A stretch of 64,000 nt of DNA, taken from the NCBI GenBank assembly GCA_945865695.1, contig CAMBFX010000001.1, positions 3,660 to 67,659 of the forward strand, written 5' to 3'. Positions 41,797 to 51,217 of this stretch are shown in pieces. The translations under genes were made by a program, and so were the position numbers. Numbering within the stretch: the stretch's first letter is position 1; each line of letters opens with the position of its first letter. The notes beneath the pieces were generated by a model. The model was not told the origin of the DNA. It saw only the letters and a list, made by a program, of their open reading frames with translations, and searched no databases. This stretch comes from Chryseobacterium gleum. Lineage in GTDB: Bacteria; Bacteroidota; Bacteroidia; Flavobacteriales_D; UBA2798.

Positions 41797-41935
41797 GATG
41801 ATAGAAATAAAATTAATATGCCTAATTATCAATATAGTTCAAATATACTTTAACATCCTTCGATACGTTTCTCTAAGAATCGAAACTACTCAAGATGACC
41901 TAACGAAAAACCAAAAATTATAAGCCAATAACCTT

Positions 41936-42622
41936 TTACAAAGTATTCAACGATTTCATCAACTCATCCTTGTAATTCTTCCCAATAGGAATCGCTTTTC
42001 CGCCTACGTTGATGAAATTATCTTCAATGGAAGTGATCTTATCTTTACGCACGATATAGGAACGGTGTACACGCGCAAAATCAGGCGAGGTGAGTTTTGA
42101 CTCGAGATCTTTCATTGTACTCAAAACAATGTATTTTCCGTTAACCGTAAAAACAGTAACGTAATTCCCCAATGCTTCGATGTATAAAACATGTTCTTTG
42201 AAAACTTGTACCAAACGAGAATCTGTTTTGATGAAAAGCGTTTTGGCATTATCGCCCATCGCTTCGGGTTTGGTATCGTTGGTGCGCTTTACTTTATCCA
42301 ATGCTTTTAGAAATCGCGCATGTGAAATCGGTTTCACAATGAAATCTGTGACATCGTATTCCCAAGATTCAAGAGCAAATTCAGAATGAGAAGTAATCAA
42401 CACCACTTGTGGAAGGTCGTCCAAAGCGCGCATCAAATCGAGTCCGCTCATTTTTGGCATGTCCACATCCAGAAATATCAAATCGATATTTTCGCTTTTC
42501 AAAACGTTGAATGCTTCCATAGCCGAAGAACATGATTTAACCAATTGTAAATCCGTTCCTGATACTAGATCTTCCATGATATTTCTTGAAAGTTCGTCAT
42601 CATCCACAATTATACATTTCAT
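41936..42622 (-). CDS. LytTR-family response regulator
   Basis: Receiver domain (IIVDDD...DVDMPKMSG) plus a LytTR domain (VHRSYIVRKDKITSIE). Confidence 0.9.
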   Translation of the reverse strand: MKCIIVDDDELSRNIMEDLVSGTDLQLVKSCSSAMEAFNVLKSENIDLIFLDVDMPKMSGLDLMRALDDLPQVVLITSHSEFALESWEYDVTDFIVKPISHARFLKALDKVKRTNDTKPEAMGDNAKTLFIKTDSRLVQVFKEHVLYIEALGNYVTVFTVNGKYIVLSTMKDLESKLTSPDFARVHRSYIVRKDKITSIEDNFINVGGKAIPIGKNYKDELMKSLNTL

Positions 42623-42752
42623 AATTTCTAGTTTTTAGTTGTTTATTTAATTGCACGCAAAGACGCTAAGTTCGCAAAGGAAACAAATGCGAAATATTTA
42701 TACATCTTTTGGTTTTCCATTTTTAATTCTTAATTATTAATTTTTAATTATC

Positions 42753-44396
42753 CTAGAGTTGTTTTTGTATTTCTTTTAATTCTTCGATTGCTTTTGTACA
42801 AGTATCTTCTATTTCAACAAAAAAATGTTTCATCTTTTCATCACTCAATTCTTCGAGATTAGAATATTCGGGAGAATTGAACAAAGACGTTAGTTTTTTT
42901 ATTCCCATGTAAGCCGTAATTCCTTTCAATTTATGTAATGATTCACGAATGGCTGCATAATCTTTTGCAATCGCATGTTTTTTCAAAACCTCTAATTCAT
43001 CCGGTAAATTTTGTAAGAAGATTCCAATGTATTTTAAAATTCGATCTTTATTGTCTTTTGTTAATTCTTTGAGGTGTTCGAGATCGATAGTTTTGTATTT
43101 ATTCAACGTCTCGGTGGTTCTTCTCTTTTTCTCCAATAATTTATTCATCTTATTGGTGAGATTAGCCATATCGATAGGTTTTGAAATATAATCGTTCATT
43201 CCCGCCTTAAAACAACTTTCTGCTACATTCTCGAGCGCATGGGCTGTCATGGCAATGATGGGAGTTTCAGAAACGGGATATTTCATATTCTTACGGATAT
43301 GCTCTGCTGTTTCGTATCCATTTTTCTTTGGCATTTGAATATCCAATAAAATAATATCAAAAGAATTGTTGTGCATTTTCGCAATAGCTACTTCCCCATT
43401 TTCAGCCATTACCATTTCAATGGTAGGATTAACATCTAAGAATAAATCATGAAGTATTTCTCGATTGATATCATTATCATCAACAATGAGAATTTTTACT
43501 TTATCCAGTTTCTGGAATTGTTCTTTGTCTTGTTCTTTCGTGACAAATTTTGAATTGGCCACTTTTTCATAGGTAATTTCAACCGAAAATGTAGTTCCCT
43601 GTAAATATTGACTATCCACAGAAATAGTTCCGTGTTGCAATTCCACCAATTTTTTTGTGATGGCTAAACCTAAACCTGTTCCACCTTCGTGTTTGATGGT
43701 ATGTCGTGATTCTTGTTCGTATTGATTAAATATCGTAGCAATATTACTTTTACGAATTCCTTTTCCAGTGTCTTCTACATCGAATCTCAGATTCAAATTA
43801 GTATCGGTTTCGGAAACTTTAGAAATTCTGATGGTCACTTTTCCGATATCTGTAAATTTTACAGCATTGGTAGAAAGATTCAATAAAATTTGGTTAAGAT
43901 GTTTGGAATCTCCTTTGATAACAGCAGGAATTTCATCTACAAACTCCACATCAAATTGTATTCCTTTCGACTCGGCACGATAGCGGAGAATATGTTTGAT
44001 TCCGTTCAAAACTTCCGTAATCATAAATTCAACCGGACGAACTTCCACCATGCTAGAATCAATCTTGGATAAATCCAAAATATCATTTACAATAAATAAA
44101 GTGGCATCTACTGAAGATTGAATGGTGTTAATGTATCTCTGTTGACGTTCATCAAGTGTAGTTTTTCCCAATAAAACAGATCCACCCGCAATTGCATTTA
44201 ACGGTGTGCGCAATTCATGACTGGTATAGGCTAAAAACTTTTCTTGTTCTAGAAGTGAATTTCGAATTTTATCTACTTCTTCATTCAATAATTGTTTTTC
44301 TTTCAGTGCATCACCTTGTTTTTTGGAAAGGCGCCAAAACAAAAACACCATAATAACAATCACAATGGATAAAAGGGATATGATGGCGGCTTCCAT
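42753..44396 (-). CDS. Hybrid histidine kinase: TM, coiled coil, HisKA, HATPase, REC, HPt; no sensory domain
   Basis: One N-terminal TM helix. H-box SHELRTPLNAI. GTGLGLAI. Receiver ILIVDDNDINREIL...DIQMPKKNG. HPt LHKLKGITAYMG. Confidence 0.9.
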   Translation of the reverse strand: MEAAIISLLSIVIVIMVFLFWRLSKKQGDALKEKQLLNEEVDKIRNSLLEQEKFLAYTSHELRTPLNAIAGGSVLLGKTTLDERQQRYINTIQSSVDATLFIVNDILDLSKIDSSMVEVRPVEFMITEVLNGIKHILRYRAESKGIQFDVEFVDEIPAVIKGDSKHLNQILLNLSTNAVKFTDIGKVTIRISKVSETDTNLNLRFDVEDTGKGIRKSNIATIFNQYEQESRHTIKHEGGTGLGLAITKKLVELQHGTISVDSQYLQGTTFSVEITYEKVANSKFVTKEQDKEQFQKLDKVKILIVDDNDINREILHDLFLDVNPTIEMVMAENGEVAIAKMHNNSFDIILLDIQMPKKNGYETAEHIRKNMKYPVSETPIIAMTAHALENVAESCFKAGMNDYISKPIDMANLTNKMNKLLEKKRRTTETLNKYKTIDLEHLKELTKDNKDRILKYIGIFLQNLPDELEVLKKHAIAKDYAAIRESLHKLKGITAYMGIKKLTSLFNSPEYSNLEELSDEKMKHFFVEIEDTCTKAIEELKEIQKQL

Positions 44397-44487
44397 AACT
44401 ACGCCAATATACGAAAGAGAATGAAAAAGGCAAGGGAAGAATGATGAAATGATGGTTTCTTTATTTGAAATTTGGATTTAGAAACAG

Positions 44488-44657
44488 ACCCCTTCCCCCA
44501 TTCGGGGCGCTTCCCCTAGGACAGGGGAAGAGAAGACGTCAACAAAACAAAATTCTACTTTAATTACTTGAATTCTCCTATTTAAAAGAAAAATGTAAAT
44601 TATGTGGGATTCCTCTCCTTTCCAAGTGGAGGTGGCTCGTCTTCGAGACGGAGGGGT
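44488..44657. repeat. Inverted pair of GC-rich hairpin repeat units flanking an AT-rich 65-nt core (MITE-like layout)
   Basis: Left unit (plus strand): GACCCCTTCCCCCATTCGGGGCGCTTCCCCTAGGACAGGGGAAGAGAAGACGTC, hairpin 44510-44530. Right unit, read on the minus strand: GACCCCTCCGTCTCGAAGACGAGCCACCTCCACTTGGAAAGGAGAGGAAT. Same family as 21151-21265 and 22021-22072. Confidence 0.75.
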
Positions 44658-44692
44658 CAAAAGTTTCTTCTAGAAAATAAGTTGAAATAATA

Positions 44693-45997
44693 TCACAATC
44701 TCTTAATCTCCGCACCAATTTTATTTAAACGTGTATCAATATTTTGATAACCGCGATCTATTTGTTCAATATTGTGAATAGTTGATTTTCCTTCGGCCGA
44801 CATGGCTGCAATCAATAAAGAAACACCTGCACGAATATCGGGAGAAGTCATTGTTACGCCACGCAATGGAAATTGATTATTTAGACCAATAACAGTTGCA
44901 CGATGTGGATCACATAAAATAATTTGTGCGCCCATATCAATCAATTTATCTACGAAGAACAAACGGCTCTCAAACATTTTTTGGTGAATGAGAACAGAAC
45001 CTTTAGCTTGTGTGGCTACCACTAAAACTATCGAAAGTAAATCGGGAGTGAAACCTGGCCAAGGTGAATCGGCAATGGTAAGAATAGAACCGTCAATGAA
45101 TGATTCAATTTCATATGAATCTTGAGAGGGAATGTATAAATCATCTCCTCGCAATTCCATTTTAATTCCTAATCTGCGGAAAACTTCGGGAATCATTCCT
45201 AATTCGTTATACGCAACATTCTTAATGGTAATTTCTGATTTTGTCATTGCGGCAAGACCAATAAAACTTCCGATTTCAATCATATCAGGAAGCATGGTAT
45301 GTTCTGTTCCGTGTAATTCTGTTACGCCTTCAATCGTCAATAAATTGGAGCCTATACCAGAAATTTTTGCTCCCATTCGCACTAACATTTTACAAAGTTG
45401 TTGCAAGTAAGGTTCGCATGCTGCATTGTAAATGGTCGTCTTTCCTTTTGCCAGTACAGCAGCTAGAACAATATTTGCAGTTCCTGTTACCGAAGCTTCA
45501 TCTAGTAACATAAAAGTTCCTTGTAAATTGGAAGCTTCTACTCTATAAAATTCTTCTTTTGGGTCATAAGTAAATTTCGCGCCTAACTTTTGAAAACCGA
45601 TAAAGTGAGTATCCAATCTTCTTCTTCCGATTTTATCTCCACCTGGTTTAGGAATAAATCCACGACCAAATCTTGCTAAAAGCGGCCCTACAATCATAAT
45701 GGATCCTCTCAATCCTCCACCGCGATTTTTAAAATCATTTGAATTTAAATATTCGAGATTAACTTCCTTTGCTTCAAAGATGAAAGTTCCTTGCGCGGGT
45801 TGCTCCACTTTCACTCCCATTTCTTTTAAAAGACTAATGAGTTTATTTACATCAACAATATCTGGAACATTTTTTACGGTTACTCTTTCGGGAGTGAGTA
45901 AAACGGCAGAAATAATTTGTAATGCTTCGTTTTTTGCTCCTTGTGGAATTAATTCTCCTTTGAGTTTGGTTCCACCGCGAATTTCAAATGTTCCCAT
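44693..45997 (-). CDS. murA: UDP-N-acetylglucosamine 1-carboxyvinyltransferase
   Basis: Full-length MurA. The active-site loop KPGGDKIGRRRLDTH aligns with E. coli PGGCAIGARPVDLH, placing Asp where Cys115 sits. Confidence 0.95.
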   Translation of the reverse strand: MGTFEIRGGTKLKGELIPQGAKNEALQIISAVLLTPERVTVKNVPDIVDVNKLISLLKEMGVKVEQPAQGTFIFEAKEVNLEYLNSNDFKNRGGGLRGSIMIVGPLLARFGRGFIPKPGGDKIGRRRLDTHFIGFQKLGAKFTYDPKEEFYRVEASNLQGTFMLLDEASVTGTANIVLAAVLAKGKTTIYNAACEPYLQQLCKMLVRMGAKISGIGSNLLTIEGVTELHGTEHTMLPDMIEIGSFIGLAAMTKSEITIKNVAYNELGMIPEVFRRLGIKMELRGDDLYIPSQDSYEIESFIDGSILTIADSPWPGFTPDLLSIVLVVATQAKGSVLIHQKMFESRLFFVDKLIDMGAQIILCDPHRATVIGLNNQFPLRGVTMTSPDIRAGVSLLIAAMSAEGKSTIHNIEQIDRGYQNIDTRLNKIGAEIKRL

Positions 45998-46003
45998 AGC
46001 TAA

Positions 46004-46669
46004 TTAGTATCTTTTTTTATTGTTGTTATTATTGTGTTTATGCTTAAATCCTCCACCGCTTCCACCTTGTTTCCAATTTTTCTTTTTGAAAGTATTTTGA
46101 CGAGGAACATTTTCATTGGTATTTGGACCAAATAAAGTAACATCCCGTAATTTAATGGCACCATCAGAAAGCATTTCTAAATGTTCCAAAATAACTTCAT
46201 CGGTTACGCTATCACGATTCCATGCGAGGTATGATCTCTTCATCAAATTAGCAATCATCATCACTAATGCTTTTTTCTCTTCCCCTTCGGCATAATCCTT
46301 TGCTTTGGCAATAAGAAGCTCCACTGTTTTGCCATAATGACCAAACTTAATATTCTTTCTTGGATAAGTTAAACGCGCAGGTTTTTCTAAGAAAACTTCG
46401 GGAGAAGGTTTTGGATAAGGAGAATCAACATCTAATTGAAATCCGGAAATTAAAAAAAGATGCGTCCATAATTTATGTTTGAAATCTTCCACATCTCTCA
46501 AATGAGGATTTAATTGTCCCATCACAGAAATAATAGATTGAGCCACTTTATTTCTTTGCTCACGATCAGCAATCGTCATGCAATATTCAATCATTCGTTG
46601 AACATTGCGCCCGTATTCTGGCATCACCAAATGTTCTCTAACAGAATTATACTCAAGATTTGTATTCAT
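46004..46669 (-). CDS. DUF4290-family protein with a basic C-terminal tail
   Basis: LEYNSVREHLVMPEYGRNVQRMIEYC matches the DUF4290 N-terminus as I recall it. Adjacent to murA, as in other Bacteroidota. Confidence 0.7.
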   Translation of the reverse strand: MNTNLEYNSVREHLVMPEYGRNVQRMIEYCMTIADREQRNKVAQSIISVMGQLNPHLRDVEDFKHKLWTHLFLISGFQLDVDSPYPKPSPEVFLEKPARLTYPRKNIKFGHYGKTVELLIAKAKDYAEGEEKKALVMMIANLMKRSYLAWNRDSVTDEVILEHLEMLSDGAIKLRDVTLFGPNTNENVPRQNTFKKKNWKQGGSGGGFKHKHNNNNNKKRY

Positions 46670-46784
46670 AGTTATTTGTAAAAATTAAAATTTATGATTT
46701 TCTTAAAAGCGGTGATCGGAATTTTGAAGAGTCCGATGCTTTTGATTTGAGCTGCAAGATAATCATTTTTTTGCTTTACAAAAT

Positions 46785-47768
46785 TCATTTTCTAGAAATT
46801 GCGTCTTCCAACATTTCGGTAAATAGCGTCTCTAAACTTATTCCATGACAACGCGCTTGTTGAGGGATAATACTTTGATCTGATAACCCTGGAACCGTGT
46901 TTACTTCAATCAAATAAGGAACCTCATTTTTGATAATAAAATCAATTCGAGAAACGCCATTCAATCCTAAATAATGATAAACTTCGGTGATAATGGAATG
47001 AATTTTAGCGGTCATTTCATTGGAAATTCTCGCAGGTGTTATTTCTTCCGATTCACCTTTGTATTTGGCATCGAAATCAAAAAATTCATTTTTAGAAACA
47101 ATTTCAGTTGGAGGCAAAGTAACTGTTTTACCATTAAGGTGATAAATTCCACAAGTCACTTCTTTTCCTTCTATAAAAGATTCAATCAAACAACCTGTTC
47201 CGTGCTCCAATGCTTTTTTTACTGCTGGTATCACGTCCTCTTTTGATTTAATTTTGGTCACTCCAAAACTAGATCCGCCATCACAAGGTTTTGCAAAGCA
47301 AGGCAGCCCCAACTTAGCAATAATTTCATCCGGATAAATAGCATCGTGAGGTGTAATTAAAACCGAATCAGCACATAAAATTCCTTTGGCACGAAGTAAA
47401 TTATTACAATAAAATTTATGAAACGTAATGGAAGATGCTAAAACACCAGAGGTGGTGTAAGGAATATTTAATAAGTCGAAATAACCTTGAAGTTTTCCAT
47501 CTTCACCTGGGGTTCCATGAATAGCTATGAAAACAGCATCAAATTTAAATTTTCCTTCTGGAGCCAAGAATGAAAAATCATTCTTATCCACTGGAAAAAC
47601 CGAGCCTTTGTATTCGGCTTTCCAAATAGCTTCAATGATATTAATTTTTACTGCATCGTATTTGGTTGCATCTAAGTTTTTCATCACTGTTGCGCCACTC
47701 TTAAACGAAATTTCGGCTTCATGTGAAAAGCCACCCACCAACACTGCTATTTTCTTTTTCATGCTCAT
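46785..47768 (-). CDS. ddl: D-alanine--D-alanine ligase
   Basis: KIAVLVGGFSHEAEIS, HGTPGEDGKLQG, and the ATP-grasp C-terminus LIEVNTVPG. Confidence 0.95.
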   Translation of the reverse strand: MSMKKKIAVLVGGFSHEAEISFKSGATVMKNLDATKYDAVKINIIEAIWKAEYKGSVFPVDKNDFSFLAPEGKFKFDAVFIAIHGTPGEDGKLQGYFDLLNIPYTTSGVLASSITFHKFYCNNLLRAKGILCADSVLITPHDAIYPDEIIAKLGLPCFAKPCDGGSSFGVTKIKSKEDVIPAVKKALEHGTGCLIESFIEGKEVTCGIYHLNGKTVTLPPTEIVSKNEFFDFDAKYKGESEEITPARISNEMTAKIHSIITEVYHYLGLNGVSRIDFIIKNEVPYLIEVNTVPGLSDQSIIPQQARCHGISLETLFTEMLEDAISRK

Positions 47769-48114
47769 ACTTTAATTTTCATGAATTTATTGCTTGAATT
47801 CAATCATACCAATTATATCTATAAAATAGACCAAGTTTCTTGTTCTTTTTCATCCATACTTCTTCAAAAAATAGTTCCGTAGCTGACGGCTATGCAACGA
47901 ATTTTTTGAATCGTCTTGATAAAAAACCACTTCGAATCTTTAGCCCATTGTATAAACATAATTGGTATAAATCGGTTTAAAAGTAATCATCCCAATCATT
48001 GAATTTTAATCAACCTGCAACAAGAATTAACAATGGATTCTTAATCATTTTTTTCGAATAATAAATTAATCGGTACGTTTACCCTGCATTGAATGGCGAG
48101 GTGAATTAAATTAT

Positions 48115-48122
48115 TATCTTTG
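48115..48122 (+). promoter_or_regulatory. Candidate -7 box for the PASTA-protein operon
   Basis: TATCTTTG, 22 nt upstream of the TTG start at 48145. Confidence 0.35.
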
Positions 48123-48144
48123 TTCACCTTAAAACAAAAAACCG

Positions 48145-48984
48145 TTGAAAGCTTTTTTTAGATTTCTGATTACACGTAAATTCCTTCTTCATTTCGGAGG
48201 GTCTTTGTTATCTGTTTTCTTAATATTCTGGTTAACCTCTTGGTATTTGGATTCTACCACTAACCATGGTGAAGACAACTATATTGCTGTTCCGAATTTA
48301 TATGGCAAACACATGGATGACATTAACGGAATTTTGGCTGAAAAAGGACTCAAATTAGAAATATCGGATTCTATTTACGAGGATGATCAACCAAAAGGGT
48401 CGGTAGTTTTGCAAAAACCAGGGCCAACTGATTCCACCAGTTTGTATGTGAAAGAAGGAAGAACCATTTATGTAACGGTGGTAGCTAAAAGTCCAAAAAT
48501 GCTTTCGATGCCACAATTGGTAAGTAAATCAAAACGTCATGCTGAGGGAATTTGTAAGATTATCGGATTAAAAGTAAAGTACAAATACAAGCCTGATCCC
48601 GACTGTAAAGATTGTGTGAAGGAACAACGATACAAAGGCAAACCGATTACCAAAGGCACTCGATTACGAAAAGGGGAAACTATTGAGCTCGTTCTTGGGC
48701 AAGGTTCAGGAGGAGGTTTAGAGCCTGTACCCAATTTAGTAGGCTTAACAATAGATCAAGCAAATTCACGTTTAGGAAATGTCTCTTTAGGATTATTTGT
48801 GGGAAGTTGTGAAGGTTGTGAAAACAAAAAAGACTCAGCGATGGCTTTCATTTATCGTCAGTCACCAGATGGTGGAGGCGAAATGTCGGCAGGAGGAGAA
48901 ATCACCGTTTGGGCCTCTACCGATCCTGATAAAAAAGCCGAGGAGGAAAATAATATTGATGCAAAACGTGAAGAAAACGATTAA
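48145..48984 (+). CDS. Membrane-anchored protein with three PASTA-like domains
   Basis: TTG start, N-terminal TM helix, and three units starting VPNLYGK, MPQLVSK and VPNLVGL, each ending in a G..I.. beta pattern. Confidence 0.8.
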   Translation: MKAFFRFLITRKFLLHFGGSLLSVFLIFWLTSWYLDSTTNHGEDNYIAVPNLYGKHMDDINGILAEKGLKLEISDSIYEDDQPKGSVVLQKPGPTDSTSLYVKEGRTIYVTVVAKSPKMLSMPQLVSKSKRHAEGICKIIGLKVKYKYKPDPDCKDCVKEQRYKGKPITKGTRLRKGETIELVLGQGSGGGLEPVPNLVGLTIDQANSRLGNVSLGLFVGSCEGCENKKDSAMAFIYRQSPDGGGEMSAGGEITVWASTDPDKKAEEENNIDAKREEND

Positions 48985-48990
48985 ATTTTT

Positions 48991-51216
48991 ATGCGAATAG
49001 CCATTTTATTATTTTTTGTTTTTCGTTTTTCGTTTTTCGTTTCTGCGCAAGGTGAACAACTTGTTCCGTTAAAAAACAATCAGGAATTAAAAAAAGCTTC
49101 GAAGCAAGATAAAATGTTTTTGGAAATTTTTGTATATGAAATTGATACTATTCGTATTCCTTTTAAGGATGATTTCTCTTCTGATAAATTCAAAAAATTT
49201 GATGCCCAAGTTGGGGATGCAAATGTAACTAGTCAAACATTTTATCTTTTTTATGATGCAGCAAATGCTGTTGTATTGGCGGATGATGTTGCTTTTATGA
49301 CAGACCCCACTTTTCGAGTAACGTATGATACCGTTGGGACTGATACTACCATATACACACGATTAGATTCTATTCAAATTACATTAAATGACTTGAGCGA
49401 ATTTCCAATTGCTAATAGTCAAATTTGGGTTTGGCCGAATTATTTTATTTATGATACTTTATTCGCTCCACCTGAGGATACTATTTATTTAACTCCAGAC
49501 TTAATACAAGATTCAGTTTATATTCATTTTGTAGCAGCTACTGATAATGGAATTTGGCAAGATAATTTTGCATATCGTAATTCTAGATTTCCAATTAACC
49601 CACCCACAATTGGCGTAGCTACCTTCGATGGCTTAGATGAAAATGGTTATCCTTATGATTTTTCTACTCCAACTTCATATGGAATTGCTGATTATTTGAC
49701 TTCTAAACCTATCAATTTAGGATTTGATATTTTTTCTAATCCCTATACACAAGCAGATTCTATTTACCTCAGTTTTTATTATCAAGCAGCAGGACGAGGG
49801 GAAAATCCTGAACCCGAAGATACTTTATTTTTAGAATTCTGGTCGCCTTCTGCGCAGCAATGGACACAAGTTTGGAAAACTACAGGGTTTGATGGCGATT
49901 CACTTTTCTACCAAGAAATAATTAGAATTTCTAGCGGTAATTATTTGCAAAATGGATTCAAATTTCGTTTTGGAAACTACTCTACTCTTTCAGGATCCAT
50001 CGATCATTGGCATATTGATTATGTTTTCTTAAATGAATTTAGAACACAAGCTGATACTATTCGTGATGATGTGGCTTTTCAATTTGATCCTACCAGTTTA
50101 TTGAATGAATACTCATCTGTTCCTTGGGCACATTTTAAATGGAATCCGAGTCAATATATGGCCGATACACTAACTACTTTTCAAAGAAATAATGCAGATG
50201 CTGGACATTTAGTTGGAAATAATATTTTACAAATCTCTTATGAAGGATCGGTATTAAATACTTTCAATCATCCTAATAATCCTTCTGTTTCTTCATTTAC
50301 AAATTACACCACACTATGGGATATTGGATTGCAACCATTTGTATATGATACAACCGTAAACGATACTTGTGCCCTGTTTGATGTTACTTTTCGTCATCAA
50401 GCAACACCCGATTTCGAGAGACAAAATGATACGGTTCATCTACAACAAAATTTTGAAAATTATTACTCTTATGATGATGGCACTGCCGAATGGGCTTATG
50501 GTTTAGTAGGAGCAAGCGGAAAACTCGCATATAAATTTGATTTGCTTCAAGCAGATTCCATTCGCGCATTAGATATTTATTTTCGTCCGGATGTGGATAA
50601 TGTAGAAAACGATGCATTTCAATTAATGATTTGGGATGCAACTGGAAGTGGAGGTAAACCAAATAATGTAATTTATCAAAATTCTAATTTTAGTGAAATT
50701 AAGTATACGGATGAAATAAACGGACTTCGAGAATATTTTTTCGATGAGAAAATTTTATTGCCTTCAGGATCTTATTATGTGGGAATGCAGCAATTAGATT
50801 CGTGGCCATTAAATATTGGAATGGATTTTAATACCAATAGAAAAAGTAAAATTTACTATAACGTTTCTGGAAATTGGGCCAACACCGCTTTCAAAGGCGC
50901 ATTAATGATTCGTCCGATTTTTTCCACACTTTGTGATCAACTTTACGCAAGTGTTGAAGAAGAAACCGAAGAATTAAATATTCAATTATATCCCAATCCT
51001 GCTAATGATAAAATATTTATTGTAAGTGATGAAACCGATACCGATAGCTATCGGTATGAAATTACTTTAACAGATTTAGCAGGAAGAATAATTTTAAATC
51101 AAAACGTAAATTCTTCAATTGACGTAAGCTCAGTTTCAGAAGGAATTTATCTTTTACAATTACAATCGATTCACACCGGAAAAATTTCGGTAGAAAAAAT
51201 CATGATCAAAAAATAA
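48991..51216 (+). CDS. Secreted protein with a T9SS type-A C-terminal sorting domain
   Basis: Signal peptide FFVSAQ. C-terminus LYPNPANDKIFIV...GIYLLQLQS...KIMIKK is the Por secretion tail pattern. The body has no motif I recognise. Confidence 0.75.
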   Translation: MRIAILLFFVFRFSFFVSAQGEQLVPLKNNQELKKASKQDKMFLEIFVYEIDTIRIPFKDDFSSDKFKKFDAQVGDANVTSQTFYLFYDAANAVVLADDVAFMTDPTFRVTYDTVGTDTTIYTRLDSIQITLNDLSEFPIANSQIWVWPNYFIYDTLFAPPEDTIYLTPDLIQDSVYIHFVAATDNGIWQDNFAYRNSRFPINPPTIGVATFDGLDENGYPYDFSTPTSYGIADYLTSKPINLGFDIFSNPYTQADSIYLSFYYQAAGRGENPEPEDTLFLEFWSPSAQQWTQVWKTTGFDGDSLFYQEIIRISSGNYLQNGFKFRFGNYSTLSGSIDHWHIDYVFLNEFRTQADTIRDDVAFQFDPTSLLNEYSSVPWAHFKWNPSQYMADTLTTFQRNNADAGHLVGNNILQISYEGSVLNTFNHPNNPSVSSFTNYTTLWDIGLQPFVYDTTVNDTCALFDVTFRHQATPDFERQNDTVHLQQNFENYYSYDDGTAEWAYGLVGASGKLAYKFDLLQADSIRALDIYFRPDVDNVENDAFQLMIWDATGSGGKPNNVIYQNSNFSEIKYTDEINGLREYFFDEKILLPSGSYYVGMQQLDSWPLNIGMDFNTNRKSKIYYNVSGNWANTAFKGALMIRPIFSTLCDQLYASVEEETEELNIQLYPNPANDKIFIVSDETDTDSYRYEITLTDLAGRIILNQNVNSSIDVSSVSEGIYLLQLQSIHTGKISVEKIMIKK

Positions 51217-51217
51217 T

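Noticed and set aside
47806-47968. 11-bp long-range inverted repeat ATACCAATTAT/ATAATTGGTAT as evidence for a structured RNA
   Set aside because: In 376 nt of AT-rich sequence, I roughly expect an 11-mer inverted match of this kind to arise by chance at an appreciable rate. It is kept only as a minor note in the spacer finding.
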